A stretch of DNA of 64,000 bases from an uncultured Chloroflexia bacterium (GTDB lineage: Bacteria > Chloroflexota > Anaerolineae > UBA4142): positions 50,304-114,303 of the forward strand of contig CAVQYN010000031.1 of assembly GCA_963718225.1 (NCBI GenBank), given 5' to 3'. Positions 37,972 to 47,933 of this stretch are shown in pieces (position 1 is the stretch's first letter; each line of letters begins with the position of its first letter). Below the pieces are notes generated by a model. It was not told the DNA's origin, made no database searches, and worked only from the letters and a program-made list of their open reading frames with translations. The position numbers were made by a program, and so were the translations under genes.

Positions 37972-38436
37972 ATGCCAGGACGATTTCGCGTCGTTTTGAT
38001 TCTCGCGCTCGGCGCCGCGTTGTGTGGAGCGTGCAATGCCATGCCTGCCGCTGGCGGTGAGCAAAAAGCAATCGATGTGGCGTGGCAGGATTTCGAACCG
38101 CTGACCTCGTCGCGCAATCGCGCGAATTGGGATATCAAGCAAGTGAGCCTGGTCACCGGCAATCAGGTCAGTCAACTCTACGGCGGCGTTAATCCATTTT
38201 ATTGCGTTGCCGCGCGACGCACCGGCAAATTCCCTGACAATCAAACCATTGATGCCAATAAAACGTATTGGCAAGTCCATTTCTATCCTAAAGACGCAAC
38301 CCCGCTGCCGCGCACCCGGCTTTCCCCCACCGAACCGCCGGCGATTCCAGAACCAAATCTTCGCGACGCACGCTATCTCATCGACCCCAATGATTTCCAC
38401 ATCGTGGCACGCGCGTATGGTTGCGTGGTGTACTAG
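37972..38436 (+). CDS. lipoprotein (hypothetical)
   Basis: The signal MPGRFRVVLILALGAALCGAC carries a lipobox-like LCGAC. 154 aa. Confidence 0.6.
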   Translation: MPGRFRVVLILALGAALCGACNAMPAAGGEQKAIDVAWQDFEPLTSSRNRANWDIKQVSLVTGNQVSQLYGGVNPFYCVAARRTGKFPDNQTIDANKTYWQVHFYPKDATPLPRTRLSPTEPPAIPEPNLRDARYLIDPNDFHIVARAYGCVVY

Positions 38437-38440
38437 GCGC

Positions 38441-39094
38441 ATGATCGGAATTACGCCAACGCTACAATTCGAACGGCGTTTTTGGTCGCGCGGCGTGATG
38501 CGCATCGCCGGCATTGATGAAGCCGGGCGCGGCGCGTGGGCGGGTCCCGTCGTCGCCGCCGCCGTGATTTTGCCACGCCCGCGTCAAATTAAAACGTGGT
38601 GGCGCGATGACACACTCGCCGCGTTGGAAAACGCGCGCGATTCTAAACTTCTCTCGCCCAAACAACGCCAAGCACTCATCGCACCGATCCACACAGCGGC
38701 AATTGCGTGTGCGACCGGTTCCGCCAGCCACACTGAAATCGATGCGTTGGGAATCGTGCCGGCAACTCGCCTCGCGATGCAACGCGCGCTTGAATCGCTT
38801 CAAGTCTCGCCGGAGGCATTATTGATCGATGCGGTAAAATTGCCGGCGATTCGTTTGCCCCAGCAAGCGATCATTCACGGCGACCAACTCTCGCTTTCGA
38901 TTGCATGCGCGTCGATTCTCGCCAAGACCACGCGCGATGCGATGATGCGCGAAATGGATGCGCAATTTCCGGGTTATGGATTCGCGCGGCACAAAGGGTA
39001 TGGCACGGCGGCGCATCGAGCGGCGTTGCAAAAACTCGGCGCCACCCCGGCGCATCGAATGACATTTGCGCCGCTGAAAAATCTAGAGCCGTAG
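38441..39094 (+). CDS. rnhB: ribonuclease HII
   Basis: IAGIDEAGRGAWAGPVV and DSKLLS motifs; 217 aa from ATG 38441. Confidence 0.9.
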   Translation: MIGITPTLQFERRFWSRGVMRIAGIDEAGRGAWAGPVVAAAVILPRPRQIKTWWRDDTLAALENARDSKLLSPKQRQALIAPIHTAAIACATGSASHTEIDALGIVPATRLAMQRALESLQVSPEALLIDAVKLPAIRLPQQAIIHGDQLSLSIACASILAKTTRDAMMREMDAQFPGYGFARHKGYGTAAHRAALQKLGATPAHRMTFAPLKNLEP

Positions 39095-39109
39095 TCTTGG
39101 CTACGGCTC
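39086..39109. terminator. hairpin between convergent genes
   Basis: GAGCCGTAG-TCTTGG-CTACGGCTC followed by TTATATT. Confidence 0.6.
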
Positions 39110-40507
39110 TTATATTGCGTTCGGATCGCGCATGAATCTCAGTAACGTGAGAATCATGATTTTGAAATCCAGCCACAGCGACCAGTGCTCAATGTAATAC
39201 AGATCGTACTTGGTGCGTTCCCAGATTGACGTATCGCCGCGCAAGCCGTTTGCCGCCGCCCAGCCAGTAATCCCCGCTTTGAAATGATGGCGTTCCATAT
39301 AGCGCGGAATCGTCTGCCGAAATTGTTCGACAAAGACCGGCCGTTCCGGGCGCGGACCGACCAAACTCATTTGCCCCAGGAACACGTTGATGAAATTCGG
39401 TAACTCGTCCAGCGAGTATTTGCGCAACATCGCGCCAACACGCGTGCGGCGCGGGTCATCGTGCCTCGCCCACACCGGTCCGGTTTCCGCTTCGGCATCG
39501 ACGCGCATCGAACGAAATTTCAAACACGGAAATGGGTGCGCATCGAGTCCCATGCGTTCTTGCGTGTACAACGCCGGTCCGCGCGAATCGAGCTTGACGA
39601 GGAACGCAATCAGCAACAGCAACGGCGAAATAAAAATCAAAACCGTCGCGCTGATGACTACATCCGCCACGCGCTTGGCGGTCAGTCGCCAGCCGCGCAA
39701 CGCCACATCGCGCATCGTCAACAACGGCAAGCCGTTCAAATCGCCGACGTTGACTTCCGCCGCCATGATTTGAAACACATCCGGGAAAACCTTCAGACTG
39801 ACACGCCCATCCTCGCACCGTGAAATCACCGACAACAAATCTTGATGCGATGCCTCCGGCAACGCGATAATGACCTCGCCGATTTTGTGCGCTTGTACGA
39901 CCTCGCCGAGTTGATCGACTTTGCCTAGCACGGGCAAGCCCATCACCGTTTGCCCGGCGCGTTCATCGTCCAAAAATCCAATCGGACGATAACCGAGTTG
40001 CGGCGAAGAATGAATTTTTTCGAGGATCATCGTCCCGGCATCATTGGCGCCGACAATCAGCGTTCGCGATTCGCTCCAGCCGCGCTGGTACAAACGCGAA
40101 CGCAAGGTGCTATGCGCGAGTCGTCCGAGACCAATGAGAAAAAGCGCGCCGACCCAGAAATATACGATCATCACGCGCGGGTAATCCAAGTCCGCGCGAT
40201 AAACAAACGCGGTGAACGCCATCCCCACGATGACGCTAATCGAAACCGCCGGAAAAACGGCATACAGTTCATCGAGCCGCGACATGCCCCGCCGCAAATG
40301 ATACAGGCGATAGAAAAAGAAAACGACGACGAGCGCAACGATGCTGAGCACGAGCATTCCCAAGTAATGGGTGAATGGCGGCACAACTTGATTCGGCGTC
40401 GCTTCGCGCGGACGCAACAAATACGCCAAGGCGAACGCCCCGCCAGTCATCACCACATCAACGCCCACGAGCGACGTGGTGAAGAAAAACTGAGCGTAGC
40501 GTCTCAT
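39110..40507 (-). CDS. polyprenyl-phosphate glycosyl-1-phosphate transferase (WbaP/EpsB-type priming sugar transferase)
   Basis: TM N-terminal half and a C-terminal bacterial sugar transferase block LDELPNFINVFLGQMSLVGPRPERP. Confidence 0.85.
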   Translation of the reverse strand: MRRYAQFFFTTSLVGVDVVMTGGAFALAYLLRPREATPNQVVPPFTHYLGMLVLSIVALVVVFFFYRLYHLRRGMSRLDELYAVFPAVSISVIVGMAFTAFVYRADLDYPRVMIVYFWVGALFLIGLGRLAHSTLRSRLYQRGWSESRTLIVGANDAGTMILEKIHSSPQLGYRPIGFLDDERAGQTVMGLPVLGKVDQLGEVVQAHKIGEVIIALPEASHQDLLSVISRCEDGRVSLKVFPDVFQIMAAEVNVGDLNGLPLLTMRDVALRGWRLTAKRVADVVISATVLIFISPLLLLIAFLVKLDSRGPALYTQERMGLDAHPFPCLKFRSMRVDAEAETGPVWARHDDPRRTRVGAMLRKYSLDELPNFINVFLGQMSLVGPRPERPVFVEQFRQTIPRYMERHHFKAGITGWAAANGLRGDTSIWERTKYDLYYIEHWSLWLDFKIMILTLLRFMRDPNAI

Positions 40508-41413
40508 GGATTTAGCTCCGCCTGGTTGGGCGAAGGCGGCAAGGGTTGTCGCATTTCGCGCGCGAGTTTCATTCCACCTTTGAGCACAAGTCCGCCGAGA
40601 AGCAACGCGCGCACCGGCAACGCCGTCGATTGCGCGTAATAACGTCGATAGAAAATATACGCCGCGCGCCAGAACTGGTACTGCGCGCGTGCCGAGTTCT
40701 TACTGGCTTCGCGTTTATAGTGCAACACACGCACCGCCGGGTTATAGTACACTTGCCAACCACGCTGTTTGATCCGCCATGCCAAATCCAGGTCTTCACC
40801 GTACATGAAATACGATTCATCAAGCAAACCCGCTTGGCGCACAGCATCGGTGCGCATCATCATGAACGCGCCAACGACCGAATCGACTTGCGCCACCGCA
40901 TCCTCATCGAGAAAAGTCATATTGTATCGGGCAAAGCGTGGAGACTTTGGAAAGCGTTCATCTAAACCCAGGACATGATAAATCGCTAATTCCGGCGATG
41001 GAAAACTGCGGCGGCACGCCAAATCCAGTTTGCCGTCTGCCATCACCAATTTGGGTCCGGCGATGCCGCACGTCCGGATGCGCGTTAAAAAAATCGATCA
41101 TTTGCGCCAGCGCGTCTGGCGGCAACACCGTATCGGGATTGAGCAACAACACAAACGGCGGCGCGGGATTGTGCGCGAGAATCGCGCGCAGCGCCAGGTT
41201 ATTGGCATACGCGTAGCCGCCATTGACCTGGCTCGCGATCAACTGAACCTGCGGAAACTCGGCGCGCACCATCGCCGCGCTATCATCCGGCGAATTGTTA
41301 TCGACGACATAGGTGAGCAGAGAAACATGACGATTCGCGTCGAGAGAGGAAAGACAATCGCGCAAACGCTCGCGCGTGTTGTAATTAACAATGACGATTC
41401 CGAGGTCGATCAC
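40504..41413 (-). pseudogene. family 2 glycosyltransferase, 1 frameshift
   Basis: VIVNYNT...[10 protein letters not shown]...LLLNPD then ...MYGEDLDLAWR. Extra base near 41068. Confidence 0.8.
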
Positions 41414-41528
41414 AGAACGATTCTAGCACAATCTCGCGCGACGGTCAAAATATTTTTCGCGAGAAACACGACTTGTCAAAAGTTTTGTTTTCCGTTACAC
41501 TGTCCGCATAATACATACGGGAGGAAAA

Positions 41529-42483
41529 ATGAAAAACAACAAAACTCTATTCGCCGTCCTCGGTGGATGCGCCGTACTCTTGGTGCTGTGTCTCTGCGTC
41601 GGAGTCGCGGCAGTTCATGCTCGATGCGCCAACCCAAATCAGCCGCGTCCTAGGTCTCGAGACGCAACAAGCGACACCAACCCGCGCGCCCGCCTTGCCA
41701 ACGATTGCCGGCAGTAAACCGAATACGCCGTTTCCCGGCGCCGCCGCGACCAAACCCGCGCCCACGACTGCGCCCGCTGCCACCGGCGGATCGATTCTCG
41801 ATGCGTTGAACAAGAACAAGGCCGCAACCAAATTCCAAATGGAAATGTCGATGCTGATCGGCAGTACAACGGCGGGACAATACAAAGAAGAATCGTTGAT
41901 GGAGTTTAAAGGCAAAGTCGACGGCAAGAATTTGCAAATGACGACCAAGAGTTCGTTGTTTGCGATTCTCACCGGCGGTGGGGACTTGGAAATCATTCAG
42001 GCAAATGACAAAACGTACATGCGCGGCGTTAAACTCGCCAACCTGACTGATCCCAAGGTGTGGTATGTTCAGAAAAACTCGACTGCCGATTTTGGCGATC
42101 TGACCAGCCCGGATCTGTACGGCGATGCGATCAAAGACGCCAAGCCTGGCGATTTCAAAAAGACCGGCACTGACACTGTCGATAATCAGCCATGCGATGT
42201 CTATGCCTACGATGCAAAATCACTTTCTGGCACAGACCTGCTCGGCGGGCTGGGGACGGTTCCGGGACAAGACGATCTCGGCGTCGTGGACAAGTCCCAA
42301 ATCACCTTTGCGCTTTGTCGCGATGGCTATGTGCATCGCGTCATCGTGGAATACGCCGGGCATAACTCCAAGAACGTCAACGAAAAAGGCACGGTCAAGA
42401 TCAACATCCATATGTGGGATCACAACAATGCAACTATCGTCGTCACCGCACCCGCAGATGCCAAGCCGATGCCGGGGCAATAG
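41529..42483 (+). pseudogene. secreted/anchored hypothetical protein, 1 frameshift
   Basis: Signal anchor MKNNKTLFAVLGGCAVLLVLCLCVGVAAV, then a frame change near 41603 into the 306-aa ORF ending at 42483. Confidence 0.5.
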
Positions 42484-42490
42484 AACATTC

Positions 42491-42530
42491 AGAGACCAGG
42501 TTTCTACGTATGAAACCTGGTCTCTTTTTC
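42491..42530. terminator. bidirectional intrinsic terminator
   Basis: AGAGACCAGGTTTC/GAAACCTGGTCTCT followed by TTTTT, between convergent genes. Confidence 0.8.
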
Positions 42531-43872
42531 AGAATTGCGTTACGCCGGTAAACCGGAAACCATCAACCAGCAACGCCGGCACGCGCCGCGACGCGCCGCC
42601 CCAATCGCTGTAATACAGTTGCGTGGTGTTGCCAATCGCGCGCACGCGATTCAGCGCATCGAGATAACTCGTCGTGAATCGGAAATTCTTGATCGGCTTG
42701 GTGATCTCGCCATTCTCAATTAAAAACGTGCCGTCGCGCGTCATGCCGGTCACCAAGACTTTCATCGGATGCACCGGACGCGTATAATGCAAGCGCGTAA
42801 CAATCACGCCGCGCTCCACGGATTTGATCATCTCTTGTTTCGATGTGTTTCCCGGCATCATTGCCATGTGCATCGCCATGGGTCCCATCGTGTTCGGCGC
42901 GGGCAGTGAATGTCCGGTCGATGCCACATTGTCGCGCTGAGCCGTCGCCGTATCGTACACAACGCCGCGCGCAATGCCATTTTCGACGAACGTGACACGC
43001 TGACGCGGCACGCCTTCAAAATCGAACGGCAGGGCAATCGTGTCCGATGCCAGCCCGTCGTCGAAAATTGTGATCCGTTCGTCCATCACCTTCTCGCCGA
43101 TTTTGCCTTTCAAGAACGAGCGATCCTCTTGCATCGCTTGCGCGGAAAACGCGAGAAAGCCAAGAAAGTTGAGCATGTCATAGACCGCTTCTTCTTCGAG
43201 CAACACCGTGTACTCGCCCGGCTCCAGCGCAATCGGATTGCGCGCGCGCAACGCCTTGTCGATGACTTGGTCCGCCAGCGCATCGGCGCGGACTTGGCGC
43301 GCGTCGTGATGCGTGAACGACGCATACCCTGACCCGGTATCGGACATCGCCACCGCGTTGAGGTCAGCGTAGGTGCCGGGATGATACGCAAACACACCAA
43401 GCGAATTGGCAACGGCGACTTCAAACGCGGTCGTCGTGAACGCGCCTGCCGCAATCACATTTTTCTCTTTTGCTTTTTTGCACAAGACCTGCACCATCTG
43501 CGCGCGTTGCTCGGGGGAAAAGTGCGCGGTTGCTTCGATAAACGCTTCGACGTTGCGAATCGGTTGTGGCGCGGGAAGCGATTTAAATTCCGGGTTCTCG
43601 CGTTGCAGTTGCGCGATGACACGCGCGGTATCGACGGTTCGCTTCAATGCTTCCGGCGAGACATCATTGCTGGACGCCACGCCGATTTTTTTGCCGTACA
43701 CGACGCGCACGCGAATTTCGGTATTCGTCTCGGCGACGTTCTGGTGGATCGCGTTGTTAGCAAAGCGCGTCAGCGCGGAATCGGTGCCGCGGAAAATCAC
43801 TTCGGTTTGATCGGCTTTGGACAGCGCGAGCACTTGATTGGTAATTTCTTTGACTTTATCTTGACCCAGCAT
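42529..43872 (-). CDS. pmbA: TldD/PmbA family metalloprotease (PmbA-like)
   Basis: 447 aa from ATG 43872; PmbA_TldD family sequence, paired with tldD upstream. Confidence 0.8.
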   Translation of the reverse strand: MLGQDKVKEITNQVLALSKADQTEVIFRGTDSALTRFANNAIHQNVAETNTEIRVRVVYGKKIGVASSNDVSPEALKRTVDTARVIAQLQRENPEFKSLPAPQPIRNVEAFIEATAHFSPEQRAQMVQVLCKKAKEKNVIAAGAFTTTAFEVAVANSLGVFAYHPGTYADLNAVAMSDTGSGYASFTHHDARQVRADALADQVIDKALRARNPIALEPGEYTVLLEEEAVYDMLNFLGFLAFSAQAMQEDRSFLKGKIGEKVMDERITIFDDGLASDTIALPFDFEGVPRQRVTFVENGIARGVVYDTATAQRDNVASTGHSLPAPNTMGPMAMHMAMMPGNTSKQEMIKSVERGVIVTRLHYTRPVHPMKVLVTGMTRDGTFLIENGEITKPIKNFRFTTSYLDALNRVRAIGNTTQLYYSDWGGASRRVPALLVDGFRFTGVTQF

Positions 43873-43882
43873 ACAGCACTCC

Positions 43883-43930
43883 GTTTGAGGATTCAAGTTG
43901 CAATCCAGCATTAAACCTGAAACTTGAAAC
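43883..43930. repeat. hairpin element in the tldD-pmbA spacer (GATTCAAGTTGCAA / TTAAACCTGAAAC family)
   Basis: GTTTGAGGATTCAAGTTGCAATCC...TTAAACCTGAAACTTGAAAC, with 7-nt periodicity. Confidence 0.6.
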
Positions 43931-45385
43931 TTATCTGACTACCCCAACCCTAATATTGCGAAATCGCGCCGGCGCCGCGCCGTGCCCAGTGTGCGCGACT
44001 TGCGGCGGCTGACCCTTGCCGCAATTCGGCGTGCCCCACACCGTCCATGCTTTCTCATTGCTCACAGCATCGCACGAACCCCAGAATTGCGGCGTGATGC
44101 CGGTGTACGTGGCATTCTTGAACATGCGCGTTTTCTTGCCGCCCTTGATTTCCCACGCCATTTCCGTGCCAAATTGAAAATTCAACCGCTTGTCGTCAAT
44201 GCTCCACGAGCGATTCGTTTCCATCCAGATCCCGTCGTCCGTGTCGGCAATCAAATCATCGACATTCCAAGTTCCCGGCATGAGATTGATATTCGTCATG
44301 CGAATGATCGGCGTACGATTCCAGCCATCCGCGCGCATCGTCCCATTCGATTTGCCCAGCCCCAATTGTTGCGCCGATTCGCGGCTCGTAAGATAGCCAA
44401 CGAACATTCCATCTCGGACAATATCTATTTTTTGCGCGGGCACGCCTTCGTCATCGAAGCCAAACGAGCCCAAGCCGCCGGGAATCGTCGCGTCGGCGGT
44501 GATGTTGACCACATCCGAGCCATACCGGAAATTGTTCAGTTTTTCCGGCGTGAGGAACGAGGTGCCGGCAAACGCGGCTTCACTTCCCAGCACGCGATCC
44601 AATTCAATCGGATGTCCGCACGATTCGTGTACTTGCAACGCCATTTGCGAACCGTCGAGAATGATCGTCATCGCATCGTAACTGGGGCACTGTTCCGCAG
44701 ACAAAAGCGCGACGGCTTCTTCGGCGACGCGCGCCGCATTCTCAACCAATCTCTGATCGAGGATAAATTCGTAACCACGCGTCTGCTGATGCCGCCCCAC
44801 CGAGTTGGGATATGAACGCACTTGGACTTCGCCGGTCGCCAAGTCGGTCGCCATCGCGACGATGCCGCAGCCGCTTTCGACGATTTCCTGATCGATGAGA
44901 CTGTCTTCGGTCGATGCGAAAATCTTATTTTCGCGTTGGAAGGCCATCTCGCCACGCGCGACTTTGATGCCTTTGACGCGCCGCATCTCTTCATCGGCTT
45001 TCAACAACAGGGCAATCTTGTCCGCCATCGGAAAAGTGAACGGATCGATGCGAATCGCAGTCTGATACGAACCCTTGACCGATAGTTTTTCGCCCAGGTT
45101 CACATCTTTGACTTTGGTGATCGAACTCGCTTTAGCAATCGCGATCGCTTGCGCGATGACGCGTTCAATTTCGCGCGCTTCGATGTGCGAGCTGGACGCA
45201 AAGCCCCACGCGCCATTCGCAATCACGCGCACGCCAAAACCCTGCGTCTCGTCCTGCTCCAACGCTTCAACGCGACCATTCTTGACCGCGATACGTTGCG
45301 TCGTGCGCGAAACGATGCGCACATCGGCGTACGCTGCGCCGCGCATCTGCGCGATGTTCAACACGCGCAAGGCAATATCTTTCAT
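43931..45385 (-). CDS. tldD: metalloprotease TldD
   Basis: 484 aa; HESCGHPIELD metal-binding motif. Confidence 0.9.
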   Translation of the reverse strand: MKDIALRVLNIAQMRGAAYADVRIVSRTTQRIAVKNGRVEALEQDETQGFGVRVIANGAWGFASSSHIEAREIERVIAQAIAIAKASSITKVKDVNLGEKLSVKGSYQTAIRIDPFTFPMADKIALLLKADEEMRRVKGIKVARGEMAFQRENKIFASTEDSLIDQEIVESGCGIVAMATDLATGEVQVRSYPNSVGRHQQTRGYEFILDQRLVENAARVAEEAVALLSAEQCPSYDAMTIILDGSQMALQVHESCGHPIELDRVLGSEAAFAGTSFLTPEKLNNFRYGSDVVNITADATIPGGLGSFGFDDEGVPAQKIDIVRDGMFVGYLTSRESAQQLGLGKSNGTMRADGWNRTPIIRMTNINLMPGTWNVDDLIADTDDGIWMETNRSWSIDDKRLNFQFGTEMAWEIKGGKKTRMFKNATYTGITPQFWGSCDAVSNEKAWTVWGTPNCGKGQPPQVAHTGHGAAPARFRNIRVGVVR

Positions 45386-45393
45386 GCGTCCTC

Positions 45394-45831
45394 CTACGAT
45401 TTGATCTTATTTTCGACTTTGGTGCGAAAGCGCCCCGCATCGACGATCACGCGCACGTGCGTGCCTTCGCCGATTTTTTCTTTGGAATCCCACGCTTCCA
45501 CTTTGAATGTCACGCGCCGCCCATCGACTGCCGTCACTTCGGCGCGCGCACGGACGCGGACGCCAACCGGCGTGGGGGCAAGATGTTTGACACACATTTC
45601 CGCGCCGACCGAGGTTTGACCTTTGGGCAAGAGTTTTTGAATCGCAAGAACGCTCGCATTTTCCATCAGCGCGGTCATCGCCGGCGTGGCATACGCGGAC
45701 ACCAAGCCACTCTTGATTGATGCCGCCGTCAATTGCTCCGTCACAAATTCGCTCGCTTCGGCGAACAAACCCACCTTGAGTTCTTCCACCTTGCCTCCTT
45801 TGGAACGCAAAACGGCTGGGCGATGAAACAT
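45394..45831 (-). CDS. hotdog-fold thioesterase (FlK-like family)
   Basis: 145 aa; YATPAMTALMENA ... VGVRVRARAEV...V.F.VEAWD pattern. The start codon is not fixed. Confidence 0.65.
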   Translation of the reverse strand: MFHRPAVLRSKGGKVEELKVGLFAEASEFVTEQLTAASIKSGLVSAYATPAMTALMENASVLAIQKLLPKGQTSVGAEMCVKHLAPTPVGVRVRARAEVTAVDGRRVTFKVEAWDSKEKIGEGTHVRVIVDAGRFRTKVENKIKS

Positions 45832-45892
45832 CGCCTAGCCGTTCGCGATACTTTTATTTCACGGCACTCCGCATCGATGTCACTCGATTTGG

Positions 45893-47752
45893 CTACGCTG
45901 ATGCCGGCGCAAGCACGGGCGCGAGCTTGGGCAAATCCGCAAACATGGCTTCGAATTCGGTGCTTTCGATAGTCTCTTCGTGAATCAAACGATTTGCCAG
46001 CGCATCTAACTTGTCACGATACGTCGAAAGAATTTCGCGCGCTTTGGAGTATGCCAGATTGATGATCCGCTTGACTTCATCATCGATTTCTTGCGCAACT
46101 TGCTCGCCATAGTTGCGCTGTTCCGAAATCTCGCGACCCAGGAACACCAACTCTTCGCGATTGCCAAATGTGCGCGGACCCAGCTTGTCGCTCATGCCAT
46201 AGCGCGTTACCATCGCGCGCGCCAGATCGGTCACGCGTTCCAGGTCATTCGACGCGCCGGTGGTCACATCGCCAAAGGCGATTTCTTCCGCCACACGACC
46301 GCCGAGCAAACCGGACAAATCGTCCATGAATTTCGCGCGCCGGCCCAAATAGCGATCATCATCGGGCAACGCCATCGTGTAGCCGCCCATCATCCCACGC
46401 GAGATGATGGATACTTTGTGGACCGAATCGCAATTCGGTAACATGCGCATCACCAACGCATGACCCGCTTCGTGATACGCCACGATCCGTTTTTCCTCTT
46501 CGCTGATGAGCCGGCTCTTGCGTTCGGGACCCGCAATTACTTTCTCGATCGATTCTTGCAGGTCCGGCATTTCGATGCTTTTTTTGTTGCGGCGCGCCGC
46601 CAGAATCGCGGCTTCATTGACCAAGTTTTCAATATCCGCGCCGGAAAAACCGGGCGTTTGCTTGGCAATGACTTCGAGATTCACGCCTTCCGCCATCGGT
46701 TTGCCTTTGATATGCACTTGCAAAATCTGCTTGCGCCCGTTCATGTCCGGTCGATCCAGCACCACGCGCCGATCAAAACGGCCGGGGCGCAACAACGCCG
46801 GATCGAGAATGTCCGGTCGATTGGTCGCCGCGACGATGATCACGTTCGTGTCAGTGTCAAAACCGTCCATCTCGACAAGAATCTGATTCAATGTTTGCTC
46901 GCGCTCATCGTGCGAGCCGCCCAGTCCTGCACCGCGATGCCGTCCGACCGCATCGATTTCATCAACGAAGACAATGCAGGGTGAATTGCGTTTTGCCTGA
47001 TCGAACAAGTCGCGCACGCGCGACGCGCCGACGCCAACAAACATTTCGACAAATTCGGAACCACTAATGGAAAAGAATGGCACGTTGGCTTCGCCGGCGA
47101 CGGCGCGGGCGAGCAAGGTCTTGCCGGTGCCCGGCGGTCCGACGAGCAAAACGCCTTTGGGAATGCGCGCGCCCAACGAAGTAAATTTTTCCGGTTCCTT
47201 CAGAAACTCGACCACTTCGCGCAATTCCTGTTTTGCTTCTTCTACGCCGGCAACATCGGCGAACGTCACCGTCGGCTTGTCGCCGGTCTGCATTCGCGCG
47301 CGCGACTTGCCGAACGCCATCGCTTGATTATTCGTGCCCTGCGCTTGGCGCATCAAGAAGAAAAACAGCGCGCCGACAAAGATCAGCGGCAGGAACGCGC
47401 TCAGCAATCCGATAATGTCGCCCCACTGCGTGGGGTTATCATACTGAATATCCACCGCCGCAATCTTGTCCGGCGACACGCCCAAATTCTTGAGTGCCTC
47501 TTCCACGCTGGAATCGCGATTGGCTTTGGTCGACGTTTCTTGCAGACCACCTTCCTTGTAGTACACCGTCAGCGTCGTTCCACTGGAAACGATTTTCTTG
47601 ATCGTGCCAGCTTGGACGCTTTGCGCAACCTTACTAATGGGAATCGCATTGGGTTGTTTCGGTTGCTGGAAGAATTGAAAGAACAACGCCACTACAGCAA
47701 CCACAATCAAAAGATAAATCAGCCCATTACGCAGCCACGGATTTGTAGCCAT
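45893..47752 (-). CDS. ftsH: ATP-dependent zinc metalloprotease FtsH
   Basis: Walker [12 protein letters not shown] region, Zn site HEAGHA; 619 aa, intact. Confidence 0.97.
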   Translation of the reverse strand: MATNPWLRNGLIYLLIVVAVVALFFQFFQQPKQPNAIPISKVAQSVQAGTIKKIVSSGTTLTVYYKEGGLQETSTKANRDSSVEEALKNLGVSPDKIAAVDIQYDNPTQWGDIIGLLSAFLPLIFVGALFFFLMRQAQGTNNQAMAFGKSRARMQTGDKPTVTFADVAGVEEAKQELREVVEFLKEPEKFTSLGARIPKGVLLVGPPGTGKTLLARAVAGEANVPFFSISGSEFVEMFVGVGASRVRDLFDQAKRNSPCIVFVDEIDAVGRHRGAGLGGSHDEREQTLNQILVEMDGFDTDTNVIIVAATNRPDILDPALLRPGRFDRRVVLDRPDMNGRKQILQVHIKGKPMAEGVNLEVIAKQTPGFSGADIENLVNEAAILAARRNKKSIEMPDLQESIEKVIAGPERKSRLISEEEKRIVAYHEAGHALVMRMLPNCDSVHKVSIISRGMMGGYTMALPDDDRYLGRRAKFMDDLSGLLGGRVAEEIAFGDVTTGASNDLERVTDLARAMVTRYGMSDKLGPRTFGNREELVFLGREISEQRNYGEQVAQEIDDEVKRIINLAYSKAREILSTYRDKLDALANRLIHEETIESTEFEAMFADLPKLAPVLAPASA

Positions 47753-47798
47753 ATGTTCTCACCTAACCTCTGAAAAGCAATCTTGTACGCTATTGGCA

Positions 47799-47826
47799 AT
47801 TATACCAGAATTCGCGCAAAAGCCAA
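47799..47826 (-). promoter_or_regulatory. sigma70-type promoter for ftsH (extended -10)
   Basis: TTGGCT, 16-nt spacer, TGgTATAAT on the minus strand. Confidence 0.5.
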
Positions 47827-47898
47827 GTCGAATTTTTTTGAGCACCCGCAAGTGTTAAAAAATCGCAAGTGTGCTACTTGGCGACGCCCAAGAACAAC

Positions 47899-47922
47899 GG
47901 TCGCAGGCAAAAGCCTGCGACC
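47899..47922 (-). terminator. hairpin after the channel gene
   Basis: Perfect stem GGTCGCAGGC-AAAA-GCCTGCGACC; only a weak T-tract on the minus strand. Confidence 0.55.
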
Positions 47923-47933
47923 TCCAACACCTA